This document shows positions 62,826 through 64,000 of a stretch of 64,000 nt of DNA, one piece after another; within the stretch, counting starts at the first letter, position 1; the number at the start of each line of letters is the position of its first letter. This DNA is from Cirrosporium novae-zelandiae (taxonomy: Eukaryota): the NCBI GenBank assembly GCA_026023565.1, contig JAPETS010000022.1, forward strand, positions 124,001 to 188,000, written 5' to 3'. Both the position numbers and the translations under genes were made by a program. The notes beneath the pieces were generated by a model that saw only the letters and a program-made list of their open reading frames with translations, was not told the DNA's origin and did not search any database.

Positions 62826-63574
62826 TTGCAATTTTTATCATTTGCATCCAGGGCCATTCCTGCCTCGGAACATTTCGGTCATAGCGCAGCCAGGTTGAGC
62901 AGATTCATATTGATGAAGCGCGGCGTTTGGGTTCAATGAGGATGGATCTGAGTATTTGTTTCATATCATGATGAGGAAGAATGGGAAGTCAAGGCACGTC
63001 AGAAATTGAGTCACGGTCTTATATACTCAAATAGAGAAAAAGTAACGTGGGAGGATGGGTAGGGATTCAGATTGGACATGCTGCCGATGTGGGCTGTTCT
63101 TTTGAAATATTGTCCTATGCTTGTGATGGATTTTGTTGTATGTGATTTCTTTTATTTTTGTCAGGATGTAATATTAGGATGATATATGCCATGCAATAGA
63201 CCGGGTCAGGGATCCAAGGGGATGAATATAAATGTATTGCACAGCATGTAATTGGTTATGTGTGGGAACCTCGGCAAACCTACGCATAAGTTATGCATAA
63301 CTGTTGATGCCTTGCTTAATGTCTTGCTTAATGCCTTGATGCCTTGGTGCCTTGATGCCTTCAAATATCGTCATTCCCCAACTGAAGCTGTCCTGGTGAC
63401 AGCCCTATCTATCTATTCGCTTCTTCGTGTCTCACATGCAATTCAGATAACCGTCAGCATTCTTCACTGCTTATAGGAATGTCATCTTCATTCTATCCCC
63501 CCTCAACTTTATAGGCCAGCTTTCGCTTTCTCATCATTACTCGAGGCCACTAATACCTGTTGCTACTGTACACC

Positions 63575-64000
63575 ATGGCTACCGCTCCAACTCCTACGGA
63601 TCGACTCCACTACATCTCCTCACAGCAACACTTTCTCGAAGAACAAATACAATCTCTCCTAGACGCCCAATCAGATGGTCTTCTCGCAGGACTGGGTCGT
63701 CCTCCGTCGCCATCCCCATCTCCATCCCTCCCAGCTTCCACTACAACGGCGAACACAACTGCCTCTTTAATTCCTCCTCCTATCACTGCCTCGACTTACG
63801 CTTTGGCTCCAATACCAACTCCTTCGCCCAAAAGAAAACAGAAACATGTTTCGCTCAATACAGCACGAACGTCCCTCCTTTCATCACTTCACCACCTTTC
63901 AAGTCTTTCAACGGCTCGTCTGCAAGCTCTGGCTTCTCTTCTTTCCTCCCGAAATACAGCCCTCAATATGCTTGACTCCCTCACTTCTCAACGAGAGACC
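63575..64000 (+). CDS. ATG28: Autophagy protein Atg28-like coiled-coil protein, 5' part (runs off window end; absent from the ORF track)
   Basis: CACCATGG start, open to the window end: MATAPTPTDRLHYISSQQHFLEEQIQSLLDAQSDGLLAGLG...KRKQKHVSLNTARTSLLSSLHHL...; LLDAQSxGLLAGL recalled from filamentous-fungal Atg28 annotations. Confidence 0.65.
   Translation, partial: MATAPTPTDRLHYISSQQHFLEEQIQSLLDAQSDGLLAGLGRPPSPSPSPSLPASTTTANTTASLIPPPITASTYALAPIPTPSPKRKQKHVSLNTARTSLLSSLHHLSSLSTARLQALASLLSSRNTALNMLDSLTSQRET

Overview
Eukaryotic, intron-rich genomic DNA from a filamentous ascomycete (Pezizomycotina-type GT..CTRAC..YAG introns, mostly about 45-60 nt). It holds about 19 recognisable protein-coding genes plus one tRNA-His: CAF-1 subunit B, a malonyl-CoA-synthetase-like acyl-CoA ligase head-to-head with a BolA gene, RPS2, a polyol SDR, a QDE-2-like Argonaute next to SPT5, a cytochrome b5-acyl-CoA dehydrogenase, two DHA1 MFS transporters flanking a Zn2Cys6 factor, two paralogous Cys-rich single-pass membrane proteins, an alpha/beta hydrolase, a TGL4-like lipase, an F-box-like protein, CAB4, a DCAF7-like WD40 protein and the 5' part of an ATG28-like gene. 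The most novel-looking element is the divergent pair of uncharacterised receptor-like paralogs (40388-46595), which share a 12-Cys ectodomain built from two 6-Cys modules but have unrelated cytoplasmic tails. Gene-dense blocks alternate with microsatellite-rich islands of alternating C-rich and G-rich tracts. No intact transposon, CRISPR or rRNA was seen. All family calls come from motif recognition by eye, not database searches, and exon boundaries were inferred manually.
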